Shown here: piece after piece, positions 44,238 through 53,860 of the stretch
How positions within the stretch are numbered: position 1 is the stretch's first letter
How the letters are laid out: each line of letters begins with the position of its first letter
Assembly: GCA_002422205.1 (NCBI GenBank)
Contig: DITS01000001.1
Location: 19,221 to 83,220, forward strand
DNA from: Alphaproteobacteria bacterium UBA6178
GTDB taxonomy: Bacteria > Pseudomonadota > Alphaproteobacteria > Rickettsiales > UBA3002
Direction of reading: 5' to 3'
Length of the DNA stretch: 64,000 bases
The notes under the pieces: generated by a model
Database searches by the model: none
Told to the model about the DNA's origin: nothing
Seen by the model: the letters and a program-made list of their open reading frames with translations, nothing else
Translations under genes and position numbers: made by a program

Positions 44238-44395
44238 GGGCTAGAGGCTGGGGGCTGGGGGCTGGGGGTTGGGGGCTAGCCCTTCCCTCGTCATTCCCGC
44301 GACAGCGGAAATGACAACAAAAAAGGAAGGCCAGACCCCGTCATGCGACGGGGTGACAAATATCTATACTGCCCTAGCCTCTAGCCTCTAGCCCC
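44237..44395. repeat. composite element: heptad array, H1, H2, inverted heptad array
   Basis: GGGGCTA GAGGCTG GGGGCTG GGGGCTG GGGGTTG GGGGCTA (44237-44278); GTCATTCCCGCGACAGCGGAAATGAC (44290-44315); GACCCCGTCATGCGACGGGGTGAC (44334-44357); TAGCCTC TAGCCTC TAGCCCC (44375-44395, the reverse complement of the left array units). Confidence 0.85.
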
Positions 44396-44477
44396 TCCCC
44401 TCTTCGCACTTGCAATAATCCCGCGCCTGCACTAGCCTGCCTAAAAAATAGGCAACCCATAGCCGACAGGAACCCTC

Positions 44478-45974
44478 ATGAGCAAGCTAACCATTCTACT
44501 CTGCGACGATGATGAAGCGATTTGCACCGTATTATCGCAGGCACTCACCCGCGAAGGCTATCAGGTTGAAACCACCGATCATTTGCCCACCCTGCTGGGC
44601 TGGGTCGAAGATGGCAAAGGCGATGTGGTGATTACCGATGTGATCACCCCCTCCGGTAACGGGCTGGAAATGCTCCCGCAGCTCAAAGCCGTACGCCCCG
44701 ATTTACCGATTATCGTTATCAGTGCGCAAAACACGCTGATGACGGCGGTGAAAGCCAATGAGCTGGGCGCCTTTGATTATCTGCCCAAACCCTTTGATCT
44801 GGGCGATATTTTGCATTGTGTGGATAAGTCCGTTGCTACTAAAAAGCTATTTACCGACGATGTCGATTTGCCGCTGGCGAATTTGCCCGATGATGTGTCG
44901 CTCATCGGTGCCTCCTCTGCCATGCAGGATATTTATAAAGTCATGGCGCGTATGGTCACCAATGATCTCACCGTGATGATCGAAGGCGAGTCCGGCACCG
45001 GCAAGGAATTGGTCGCCCGCGCCCTGCATAAGCTGGGAAAACGCAAATATAAGCCCTTTATTGCCGTGAACATGGCTGCTATTCCCAAAGATTTGGTCGA
45101 AAGCGAGCTTTTTGGCCATGAAAAAGGCGCTTTTACCGGCGCAGCGGGCAAAAAAATCGGTAAATTTGCCCAAGCAGAGGGCGGCACGCTGTTTTTAGAC
45201 GAAATCGGCGATATGCCGCTTGATGCACAGACCAAATTATTGCGCGTCCTGCAGCAGGGCGAATTCACGCCGATTGGCAGCAACCAGCCGGTTAAAAGTA
45301 ATGTGCGTATAGTTTGCGCAACCCATCGCGACCTCACCGACATGATTGCCACCGGTCATTTCCGCGAAGACCTTTATTACCGCCTTAATGTGGTGCCGCT
45401 GCGCGTGCCGCCTTTGCGCGAGCGTGCCGAGGATATCGCCAGCCTTGCCCTGCATTTTCTGGTCAAAGCGCATGATCGCGGCCTGCCGCATAAGCAGCTC
45501 GATGATGCAGCATTGCAGGCCCTATCGCAGCATCGCTGGCCGGGCAATGTGCGCGAGCTGGAAAATCTGATGTATCGCCTCGCCGCTTTGTGCAGCGAAA
45601 GCATCATCGGCGACGATGTGGTACGCGCCGAGCTACGCACGCATGAGCGCACCCAGCCCGTAGCGGCTGATCGCGTAGTCAGCTTTTTACGCAATACCAA
45701 CCCCACCGCTGGCGATGGGGTGCAATCGCAACTGGCGCAGCATTTACGCAGCTATTTTTCTGCCCATCAACACAGCCTGCCGCCGGATGGATTGTATGAT
45801 CGTATTTTGCAGTTGATCGAAAAGCCGCTGATCGAAGAAACATTGCGCGCCACCAATGGTAATCAGTTGCGCGCGGCCAAAGTGCTGGGCATCAACCGCA
45901 ACACGTTACGCAAAAAAATGCAGCAGCTCGAATTGCAAGAGCATAAGCGCTACGCATTGCGCCATGTGTCGTAG
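44478..45974 (+). CDS. ntrC: sigma-54-dependent response regulator NtrC
   Basis: 498 aa. Receiver domain, AAA+ domain (GESGTGKE, GAFTGA, ESELFGHEKGAFTGA) and a C-terminal Fis-type HTH. Confidence 0.9.
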   Translation: MSKLTILLCDDDEAICTVLSQALTREGYQVETTDHLPTLLGWVEDGKGDVVITDVITPSGNGLEMLPQLKAVRPDLPIIVISAQNTLMTAVKANELGAFDYLPKPFDLGDILHCVDKSVATKKLFTDDVDLPLANLPDDVSLIGASSAMQDIYKVMARMVTNDLTVMIEGESGTGKELVARALHKLGKRKYKPFIAVNMAAIPKDLVESELFGHEKGAFTGAAGKKIGKFAQAEGGTLFLDEIGDMPLDAQTKLLRVLQQGEFTPIGSNQPVKSNVRIVCATHRDLTDMIATGHFREDLYYRLNVVPLRVPPLRERAEDIASLALHFLVKAHDRGLPHKQLDDAALQALSQHRWPGNVRELENLMYRLAALCSESIIGDDVVRAELRTHERTQPVAADRVVSFLRNTNPTAGDGVQSQLAQHLRSYFSAHQHSLPPDGLYDRILQLIEKPLIEETLRATNGNQLRAAKVLGINRNTLRKKMQQLELQEHKRYALRHVS

Positions 45975-45995
45975 TTTGGTTTTCCCGAATTTTCC

Positions 45996-46074
45996 GTCAT
46001 GCTGCGCGCGGTGAAACCGCAGGATGACAACTAAAACCTGTAACCTAAAACCTGTAACCTAAAACCTGTAACCT
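45996..46074. repeat. short B-type hairpin (45996-46028) plus three tandem 14-mers AAAACCTGTAACCT (46033-46074)
   Basis: GTCATGCTGCG-cgcggtgaaa-CCGCAGGATGAC. The 14-mer array ends 2 nt before the ntrY ATG. Confidence 0.85.
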
Positions 46075-46076
46075 GT

Positions 46077-48284
46077 ATGCACACCCAGTCACAACCCGAT
46101 CACCTCAGTCTGAACTGGTTCAAGGGCTTGCGCCCGTCGAAAGTGTTTATTCTGGCGCTGGTAATGGCAGCTGTGACGTCCGCTGCCGCCACATGGATTG
46201 CGATTACCGGCGTTGCCGAGCCGCTCAATCAGCGCGATGATATGCTGTCATGGCTGGTAGGCATTAATGCGGTATTTTTACTGGGGCTTTTTGCGCTGAT
46301 AGCCCAGCGTATTTTAGGGCTCTACCGCGCGATGAAGCGCGGAGCCGTTGGTTCGCGTTTGCAGCGCCGTATTGTGCTGATTTTCAGCCTCGTCACCATC
46401 ATCCCTACCGTTATTGTCTCGTTATTTTCCGCGTTGTTTTTGCATTTGGGGATTGAAACATGGTTTGACGAACGCGTCAAAACCGCGCTGGAAGAATCGG
46501 TAGCCGTCGCCGAAGTCTATATGAACGAGCATAAAGACACCATCCGCGCCGACGCATTGGCGATGGCCAGCGACATCAAACGCGATTTACCGCTGGTGAT
46601 GACGAATCCTTCCAGCTTCAGTCAGCTGCTCAGCACCCAGTCGCTGCTGCGCAATTTATCGGAAGCCATCGTGTTTCAACCAGGCCGCGTGGTAGCACGC
46701 ACCGAGCTGAGTTTTTCGCTTTCATTCGAGCGACTGCCCGAGCATGTGATGCAGCAGGCCGATGACGGCAATATCGTGGTCATGGCCGATGGTGACGATA
46801 AAATCCGTGCGCTGATCAAGCTTGATAGTTACAGCGAGCTTTATTTGCTCATTGGCCGCATTGTCGATGCCAAGGTGCTTAACCACATGGTGCTGGCACA
46901 AGGCGCGGTGAATGAATATCGCCGCCTGCGCACCGACATCGCCGATATCCAGATTCAGTTTTCGCTGCTGTTTATGCTGGTCGTTTTATTGCTGCTACTG
47001 TCTGCCATTTGGTATGGCATGTATGTCGCGATGAAGCTGGTATTGCCGATATCGCGCCTCATCCGCGCCACGGAGAAAGTCCGCGCCGGTGACTATAGCG
47101 AGCAGGTCCCCGTCAGCAGCAAAGGCGACGAAATCAGCACGTTGGGGCGCACCTTCAACCGCATGACACAGCAGCTGGAAAAGCAGCGCACCGAACTAGT
47201 CGAAGCCAACCGCCAGCTCGATGAGCGCCGCCGCTTTACCGAAGCGGTGTTTGCCGGTGTGTCCGCCGGTGTTATCGCGCTCAATGACAAACGCGAAATC
47301 ACCCTCAATAACCGCAGCGCCGCGCAGTTGCTGCAGGATGATCCGCAGCAATCGCTCAAAGGCATGCCGATGGTGGCGCTGATTCCCGATATCGCCGCGC
47401 TGCTCGATCAGGCGGAATCGCGCCAAGGGCAATTGGCCGAGCAGAATCTCAGCATCAGGCGCGGCAAAAAAATTCTCAATCTGCATGTGCGTGTCAGCGC
47501 CGAAATCAAGGATTGCAAGGCCGATGGCTTCATTGTCACCTTCGATGATGTCACCGAGCTGGTCAGCGCGCAGCGCCACGCCGCATGGGCCGATGTAGCG
47601 CGCCGCATTGCGCATGAAATTAAAAACCCACTCACCCCTATCACGCTATCGACCGAGCGTTTGCGCAAAAAATACCTCGATCAATTAGCCAGTGACGAAG
47701 ACCGCGAAGCCTTCACCCGCTACACCGATACGATCGCGCGGCATGTGCGCGATATTGGCTCGATGGTGGAAGAATTCGTGTCCTTTGCGCGCATGCCCAG
47801 TGCGGTGCTGGCCGAGCATGACATTCGCCGTACGGTCAATGAAGGGCTGTTTTCCGCTAAAACCGCGTATCCTACCGTCAAATTCAAAGCCGAACTGCCC
47901 GACAGCCCGACGCCGCTGCATTTCGATGATCGCCAAATCGCGCAGGTGCTGACCAACCTATTCAAAAATGCAGTGGAAGGCATTGAAGCGCGCCGCGAAC
48001 AGCAAGGCGAGCAGGCAGAAAAAGGCACGGTCACTGTGCGCGTCACGCCTAGCGACACGCAGGTAAAGCTTGATGTAGAGGATAACGGCATTGGCTTCCC
48101 ACCGGATAAAATCAGCACGCTGACCGAGCCTTACGTGACCACCCGCGCCAAAGGCACGGGGCTGGGCCTTGCGATTGTGAAGAAGCACATGGAAGAACAT
48201 AAAGGCCACATGGAGTTGTCGAATCTTAGTGACGGCGGTGCAAGGGTGACACTGGTGTTTTCACGCCCCACCCAAACCACCTGA
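46077..48284 (+). CDS. ntrY: sensor histidine kinase NtrY
   Basis: 735 aa. N-terminal TM region, HAMP, PAS, the H-box (AHEIKNPLTPI) and an ATPase domain. Confidence 0.88.
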   Translation: MHTQSQPDHLSLNWFKGLRPSKVFILALVMAAVTSAAATWIAITGVAEPLNQRDDMLSWLVGINAVFLLGLFALIAQRILGLYRAMKRGAVGSRLQRRIVLIFSLVTIIPTVIVSLFSALFLHLGIETWFDERVKTALEESVAVAEVYMNEHKDTIRADALAMASDIKRDLPLVMTNPSSFSQLLSTQSLLRNLSEAIVFQPGRVVARTELSFSLSFERLPEHVMQQADDGNIVVMADGDDKIRALIKLDSYSELYLLIGRIVDAKVLNHMVLAQGAVNEYRRLRTDIADIQIQFSLLFMLVVLLLLLSAIWYGMYVAMKLVLPISRLIRATEKVRAGDYSEQVPVSSKGDEISTLGRTFNRMTQQLEKQRTELVEANRQLDERRRFTEAVFAGVSAGVIALNDKREITLNNRSAAQLLQDDPQQSLKGMPMVALIPDIAALLDQAESRQGQLAEQNLSIRRGKKILNLHVRVSAEIKDCKADGFIVTFDDVTELVSAQRHAAWADVARRIAHEIKNPLTPITLSTERLRKKYLDQLASDEDREAFTRYTDTIARHVRDIGSMVEEFVSFARMPSAVLAEHDIRRTVNEGLFSAKTAYPTVKFKAELPDSPTPLHFDDRQIAQVLTNLFKNAVEGIEARREQQGEQAEKGTVTVRVTPSDTQVKLDVEDNGIGFPPDKISTLTEPYVTTRAKGTGLGLAIVKKHMEEHKGHMELSNLSDGGARVTLVFSRPTQTT

Positions 48285-48392
48285 TGTTTTTATGCAACAT
48301 TACGCTGGACATTTGTCGCAACTCATGTAACATTTGCGCAACAAAAGCAAAATAGTCGGCAATTTATCCAACCCTTTCAATGGAGTAGTTGC

Positions 48393-49793
48393 ATGAGCCT
48401 TGACATCCTCGTGATTGACGACGAATCAGATATTACCTCCCTTATTTCTGACATTCTCACTGACGAGCATTATCATGTTCGCGTAGCCAACAATAGCGAC
48501 AGCGCCCTCAAAGCATTAGCCGAGCGTGTGCCTGCCGCCGTGATTCTCGATATCTGGCTGCAAGGCAGCGAGCTCGATGGCTTAGGCATTTTAGAGCGCA
48601 CGCAAAAGAAATATCCGCATGTGCCCGTCATCATGATTTCCGGTCATGGCAATATCGAAACCGCCGTCACCGCCATTAAAATGGGCGCGTATGACTTCAT
48701 CGAAAAGCCTTTCAGCGCCGAGCGGCTGCTGTTGATTCTGGGCCGCGCACTGGAAAATGCCAAGCTCAAGCTGGAAAATACCGAGTTGCGCCTGCGTGGC
48801 AAACCCGAAACCGAGCTGATCGGCTCCTCTGCCGCTGCTTCACATCTGCGCCAGACCGTCGAAAAAGTGGCACCCACCAACAGCCGCATTCTGCTCACCG
48901 GCGGGCCCGGCACCGGCAAGGAAGTGGTGGCACGGTTGATTCATCAAAAATCGCATCGCCGCAATGGCAAGTTTGTTGTGCTCAATGCCGCGAGTATTTC
49001 GCCTTCACGCGTTGAAACCGAATTATTCGGAGTCGAAGATAATAACCCCAATGGTGGCGCTGAAAAGCTTGGCATGCTTGAGCGTGCGCATGGCGGCACC
49101 CTCTTCATCGATGAGGTCGCCGATATGCATCTGGAAACGCAAAGCCGCTTTTTGCGCGCCTTGCAGGGTCAGTCCTTCACGCGTGTGCATGGTAATAAGC
49201 CGGTGACGGTCGATGTGCGTATCATCGCCGCAAGCAACCGCGATTTGCAGGCCGAAATCGATGCCGGTCGTTTCCGCGAAGATCTCTATTATCGCCTCAA
49301 TGTCGTGCCGATCAAACTGCCCAGCCTGCGTGAGCGCCGCGAAGATATTCCCGAGCTGTGCCGTTATTTTATCCGCCGCGCAGCCGAAGTTTCGGGTATG
49401 CCTAACCGCCATTTGAATGACGATGCGATTGCGGTGCTGCAATCCTATGTGTGGCCGGGCAATATCCGCCATTTGCGCAACATCATGGAATGGCTGCTTA
49501 TCATGGCACCCGGCAACAGCGTCGACCCCATCAAGGCTGATCATTTGCCGCCGGAATTATTCGAGTCCAACCGTGCGATTATGTCACCCGAAATCAACAG
49601 TGATATCATGTCGATGCCGTTGCGTGATGCGCGTGAAACATTTGAAAAACAATACTTAAATGCGCAAATCAATCGCTTTGGCGGGAATATTTCCAAAACC
49701 TCGAATTTCGTCGGAATGGAGCGTTCCGCTTTACATCGTAAGCTGAAAATGCTTGGTATCCATAATGACGAGAAAGAGAAAACAGCTGCGTAA
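48393..49793 (+). CDS. ntrX: sigma-54-interaction-domain response regulator NtrX
   Basis: 466 aa. Receiver, AAA+ (GGPGTGKE) and HTH domains. The GAFTGA loop is replaced (FGVEDNNPNGGA), as expected for NtrX. Confidence 0.85.
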   Translation: MSLDILVIDDESDITSLISDILTDEHYHVRVANNSDSALKALAERVPAAVILDIWLQGSELDGLGILERTQKKYPHVPVIMISGHGNIETAVTAIKMGAYDFIEKPFSAERLLLILGRALENAKLKLENTELRLRGKPETELIGSSAAASHLRQTVEKVAPTNSRILLTGGPGTGKEVVARLIHQKSHRRNGKFVVLNAASISPSRVETELFGVEDNNPNGGAEKLGMLERAHGGTLFIDEVADMHLETQSRFLRALQGQSFTRVHGNKPVTVDVRIIAASNRDLQAEIDAGRFREDLYYRLNVVPIKLPSLRERREDIPELCRYFIRRAAEVSGMPNRHLNDDAIAVLQSYVWPGNIRHLRNIMEWLLIMAPGNSVDPIKADHLPPELFESNRAIMSPEINSDIMSMPLRDARETFEKQYLNAQINRFGGNISKTSNFVGMERSALHRKLKMLGIHNDEKEKTAA

Positions 49794-49844
49794 TTCGTAA
49801 TTCACAGTTCGATTATCGAATGACGAATGACGAATCACGAGCTA
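49789..49844. repeat. eight tandem heptads between ntrX and trkA
   Basis: CGTAATT CGTAATT CACAGTT CGATTAT CGAATGA CGAATGA CGAATCA CGAGCTA. The ntrX stop TAA (49791-49793) lies in the first unit. The left and right halves are imperfectly complementary. Confidence 0.8.
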
Positions 49845-49854
49845 TGGAGTCATC

Positions 49855-51234
49855 ATGCGAATCCTTATCTGCGGTGCCGGACAGGTTGGCTATAGCATTG
49901 CGCGTCAGCTCAGCAAAGAAGACAACCAGATCACAATGATCGATTACAACCCCGACCTGATTCAGAAGATCAACGATAATCTGGATGTGCGGGCGTTTGT
50001 GGGGCATGCCGCGCATCCCAATGTGCTCAAAGCTGCTGGCGCGGAAGACGCGGATATGCTCATTGCTGTCACCTATTCCGACGAGGTGAATATGGTGGCG
50101 TGCCAGATCGGTTATTCGCTGTTCAATATCCCTACGCGTATCGCGCGTATCCGCCACCAGAATTATCTCAAGCCCGATTGGCAGTCGCTTTATTCGAATG
50201 AAAATCTGGCGCTGAACGTCATTATTTCGCCCGAAATCGAAGTGGCGCGCGCCATCACGCGGCGGCTGCATTCCCCCGGCACGCTCGACATTATTCCCTT
50301 TGCCGATGACAAGGTGCGCGTGATCGCGGTGCGGGCGATGGAAGGCTGCCCGATGACCAATCTGCCGGTGTCGCTCATCCGACAAAAAGCAGGCGCAGCG
50401 AGCCTGAATATTATCGGCGTATCCAGCGAAGGTAAATTCAGCGTTCCCACTGCGGAATCGATTTTGCGTGCGGGCGATGATGTGTATTTCATTGCCGCTA
50501 GCCACGACACCAAGCGGGTGATGAATTTATTCGGCCATGATGAGCGCGAAGCGCGCCGCGCGATTATTCTCGGCGGTGGCAATATCGGTTTGTTTCTGGC
50601 GCAAGGGCTGGAAGAAGATGTCGATCATGATATCAAACTCAAAATCGTGGAATTTAGCCGCGAACGCGCCGAGTTGATTGCTTCAACGCTCAATAAAACC
50701 ACCGTGCTCAACGGTAGCGCGCTCGACCGCGAGGTGCTGATGGAAGCGGGCATCGACCATACCGAAACCGTGATCGCCGTTACCAATGACGATGAAACCA
50801 ATATCCTCAGCTGCCTGCTGGCCAAGCGTTTCGGTGCCGAGCGCACCATCGCACTGGTCAATAACGCTACCTATGCGCCGTTGCTCACCGATCTGGGAAT
50901 TGACGTGACCGTCAATCCGCGCGAAACCACCGTATCGCGTATTTTAGAGCATGTGCGCAAAGGCCGCATCACCGCCGTGCATGCGATCAGCGACGGCGCA
51001 GCGGAGATCATTGAAGCCGTGGCCATGGCCACCTCCTCGCTGGTCGGCAAAAGCATCGGCGAATTAAAGTTACCCGCCGGTATTATTTTCGGTGCGCTGG
51101 TACGTAAAGACGACATTATTATCCCCTCGATCGAGACCACCATCGCCGAGGGCGATCACATCATCATCCTCGCCACCTCCGCCATGGTGCGCAAAGTGGA
51201 AAAAATCTTCTCCGTCAGTTTGGAATATTTTTAG
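49855..51234 (+). CDS. trkA: Trk potassium uptake system NAD-binding protein TrkA
   Basis: 459 aa. Two RCK/KTN modules (MRILICGAGQVGYSIA; AIILGGGNIGLFLA). Confidence 0.92.
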   Translation: MRILICGAGQVGYSIARQLSKEDNQITMIDYNPDLIQKINDNLDVRAFVGHAAHPNVLKAAGAEDADMLIAVTYSDEVNMVACQIGYSLFNIPTRIARIRHQNYLKPDWQSLYSNENLALNVIISPEIEVARAITRRLHSPGTLDIIPFADDKVRVIAVRAMEGCPMTNLPVSLIRQKAGAASLNIIGVSSEGKFSVPTAESILRAGDDVYFIAASHDTKRVMNLFGHDEREARRAIILGGGNIGLFLAQGLEEDVDHDIKLKIVEFSRERAELIASTLNKTTVLNGSALDREVLMEAGIDHTETVIAVTNDDETNILSCLLAKRFGAERTIALVNNATYAPLLTDLGIDVTVNPRETTVSRILEHVRKGRITAVHAISDGAAEIIEAVAMATSSLVGKSIGELKLPAGIIFGALVRKDDIIIPSIETTIAEGDHIIILATSAMVRKVEKIFSVSLEYF

Positions 51235-51253
51235 GCCCAGCCTTTTCTCCTTG

Positions 51254-51461
51254 CTCCCTCCGGGAGAGGTCGGGCTGAGGGCCCTTGCTTATGCTTCGTA
51301 GTTGCTAGTTGTCAGCCTTCAGTTGCCAGTCCAGCCTCGCCACCGTCATACTGGTGCTCAAGCTCAGTGTCTCCACCTGTATCCTCCGCCCAAGATGCTG
51401 GCATCAAGTGCCAGCATGACGATAATCTGTGCTCCGTCATACTGGCGCTTGACGCCAGTAT
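51254..51461. repeat. intergenic repeat block: E (51254-51282), YAGTTGC-type heptads (51299-51333), H4-like (51345-51370), H4 (51395-51420), H4 (51436-51461)
   Basis: CTCCCTCCGGGAGAGGTCGGGCTGAGGGC; TAGTTGC TAGTTGT CAGCCTT CAGTTGC CAGTCCA; GTCATACTGGTG...; CCTCCGCCCAAG-ATGCTGGCA-tcaag-TGCCAGCAT-GAC; GTCATACTGGCG-cttga-CGCCAGTAT. Confidence 0.85.
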
Positions 51462-51478
51462 CCACTAAGCGGCAAGCT

Positions 51479-51682
51479 TCAAGCCGCACGTTTACGGGCG
51501 GCTTTGCTCCATAACTCTTCATGCACCGTATAGGCCACCGTTTGCACCAGCGGCTCGATGATGCCAATACCAAACGCAATGATCCAGCTGCCGCTGATGG
51601 CATAGGCCACCGCAATGGCCACCACCATGTGCATTACGCTGTAGCTCGCTGTTTTCCATGCTTTGCGTTGGATAACTGACAT
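51479..51682 (-). CDS. DUF2061-family small membrane protein
   Basis: 67 aa. KAWKTASYSVMHMVVAIAVAYAISGSW..AFGIGIIEPLVQTVAYTVHEELW. Confidence 0.65.
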   Translation of the reverse strand: MSVIQRKAWKTASYSVMHMVVAIAVAYAISGSWIIAFGIGIIEPLVQTVAYTVHEELWSKAARKRAA

Positions 51683-51875
51683 TGCCTTACCTCATATTTT
51701 TGTTGCTTGTTCTATTTATTATAGTAATGCGAATTATTCTTAATTGCAATAAGAAAGCTATAACAACTATAATAATATAGATAATAATAGATTTTATCTA
51801 TTAAATAGAGCCAAATACTTCCATAGCGATAGCTTGTATCAATGACAAATGCTTATTTAGATAGGTTTAACTGCT

Positions 51876-53597
51876 TTAAATATCCGCGAACATCTGTTTT
51901 TCGTGTTTGCCACCTGGATGCGTCACCGCGCCAAATTCGGCGCTGCCCACGGTTTGCGCGTATTTCCACAATGTGCCGGATTGGTAATCGGTTTCACGCG
52001 GCTTCCAGCTTTGCTTGCGCTCCGCCAACTCCGCGTCAGACAGCGCCACATCAATGGTACGTTTAATCGCGTCAATGGTAATCACATCACCATCTTTCAG
52101 CAACCCAATAGGACCGCCCACTGCCGCTTCCGGTCCCACATGGCCGATGCAGAAGCCGCGTGTGCCGCCGCTAAAGCGCCCGTCGGTAATCAGCGCGACC
52201 GAATCACCCGCGCCTTGGCCATACAGCGCCGCCGTGGTGGAGAGCATCTCACGCATACCCGGCCCGCCTTTGGGGCCTTCATAGCGAATCACGATGACTT
52301 CGCCTGCTTTATAGTCGCGTTTTTCCACTGCGGCAAACGCATCTTCCTCGCAATCAAACACGCGCGCGGGCCCGGTAAACACCAGATTTTTCATGCCCGC
52401 GACCTTCACAATCGCGCCTTCTGGCGCGAGGTTGCCCTTTAGCGTCACCACGCCGCCGGTGGGTGATAGCGGATTGCTTAAGGGGCGCACCACGTCTTGC
52501 CCTTCGGGGAATTTGATGTCCTTCAGATTCTCGGCAATCGTTTTGCCGGTCACGGTCAGGCAATCGCCATGCAGAAAGCCGCCATCGAGCAGCAGCTTCA
52601 TCACCACCGGCACGCCGCCGATGCCATATAAATCCATCGCCACATATTTACCGCCCGGCTTGAGGTCAGCGATATAGGGCGTACGCGCGAAAATCTCGCC
52701 CACATCATGAATGTCAAAATCAATGCCGCATTCATGCGCAATCGCGGGCAGATGCAGTGCCGCATTGGTGCTGCCACCGGTTGCCGCGACCACTGCCGCC
52801 GCATTCTCAAGGCTTTTGCGCGTCACAATATCGCGCGGACGGATTTTGTTTTTAAGCAGATTGAGCACCGCCTCGCCCGATGCAAACGCATAGGCATCGC
52901 GTGATTCATAGGGCGCAGGCGCACCCGCTGATCCGGGCAGTGCCAAGCCAATCGCTTCCGACACGCAGGCCATGGTGTTGGCCGTAAACTGTCCGCCGCA
53001 CGAGCCCGCCGACGGGCAAGCCACCTGCTCCAACTCGTTCAGCTCCGCCTCAGACATATTGCCGGCGCTATGCTGGCCGACGCCTTCAAACACATCGACC
53101 ACCGTCACGTCTTTACCTTTATATTGTCCGGGCAGAATCGAGCCGCCATACATGAACACGCTCGGCACATTCAGCCGCACCATTGCCATCATCAATCCGG
53201 GCAATGATTTGTCGCAGCCCGCCAGCCCGACAATCGCGTCATAGCAATGGCCGCGCATCGTCAGCTCGACCGAATCGGCGATCACCTCGCGGCTCACCAG
53301 CGACGATTTCATCCCCTGATGCCCCATCGCAATGCCATCGGTCACGGTAATCGTCGTGAATTCGCGCGGCGTGCCGCCCGCTGCGGCGACGCCCTTTTTC
53401 ACCACCTGCGCCTGACGCGCGAGCGAAATATTGCACGGTGCCGCTTCGTTCCATGTGGTCGCCACGCCGATCAACGGTTGGTCAATCAACTCACGCGACA
53501 GCCCCATCGCATATAAATAAGAGCGGTGCGGTGCACGCGCTGGCCCTTCAGTAACATGGCGGCTGGGAAGTGTCGATTTTCCGTAAGTCTTGGTCAT
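51876..53597 (-). CDS. ilvD: dihydroxy-acid dehydratase
   Basis: 573 aa. [19 protein letters not shown] and the overall IlvD/Edd signature. Confidence 0.93.
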   Translation of the reverse strand: MTKTYGKSTLPSRHVTEGPARAPHRSYLYAMGLSRELIDQPLIGVATTWNEAAPCNISLARQAQVVKKGVAAAGGTPREFTTITVTDGIAMGHQGMKSSLVSREVIADSVELTMRGHCYDAIVGLAGCDKSLPGLMMAMVRLNVPSVFMYGGSILPGQYKGKDVTVVDVFEGVGQHSAGNMSEAELNELEQVACPSAGSCGGQFTANTMACVSEAIGLALPGSAGAPAPYESRDAYAFASGEAVLNLLKNKIRPRDIVTRKSLENAAAVVAATGGSTNAALHLPAIAHECGIDFDIHDVGEIFARTPYIADLKPGGKYVAMDLYGIGGVPVVMKLLLDGGFLHGDCLTVTGKTIAENLKDIKFPEGQDVVRPLSNPLSPTGGVVTLKGNLAPEGAIVKVAGMKNLVFTGPARVFDCEEDAFAAVEKRDYKAGEVIVIRYEGPKGGPGMREMLSTTAALYGQGAGDSVALITDGRFSGGTRGFCIGHVGPEAAVGGPIGLLKDGDVITIDAIKRTIDVALSDAELAERKQSWKPRETDYQSGTLWKYAQTVGSAEFGAVTHPGGKHEKQMFADI

Positions 53598-53611
53598 GGT
53601 TTGTGTCTCTT

Positions 53612-53843
53612 TTTTGTGTTTGCTCCTGCTGCGGGCTACTGCCCTCCGCCAGCGCCTGACGCTTACGCGACTAAAGGCTCGGTCTACTGACCTCGGTTTT
53701 ATGTCTTGTCATTCCCGCGAAAGCGGGAATCGAGCCCTACCTCTTCACTGGATACCCGCTTTCGCGAGTATGACAATCAAAAAGTAAAAATATTCCGCAT
53801 CACCAATACGGGCAACCCTTCACTGAACTCTGTACTCTGAACT
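53612..53843. repeat. intergenic repeat block: A (53612-53698), H1 (53708-53730), H1 variant (53751-53774), heptads CTGAACT CTGTACT CTGAACT (53823-53843)
   Basis: GTCATTCCCGCGAAAGCGGGAAT; GATACCCGCTTTCGCGAGTATGAC. The A copy is in the same orientation as the other A copies. Confidence 0.85.
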
Positions 53844-53860
53844 CTAAAGCCTGACAAGCC

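Noticed and set aside
48285-48392. Sigma-54 promoter or iterated GCAAC sites in the ntrY-ntrX spacer
   Set aside because: CTGGACATTTGTCGCA has GG and GC spaced one nucleotide too close and lacks the TGGCAC/TTGC context. The three GCAAC-containing words are too short to separate from chance.
51725-51755. dif (XerC/D) site in the AT-rich spacer
   Set aside because: AATGCGAATTATTCTTAATTGCAATAAG matches only about 7 of 11 positions of the XerC arm and poorly matches the more conserved XerD arm (TTATGTTAAAT), in either orientation.
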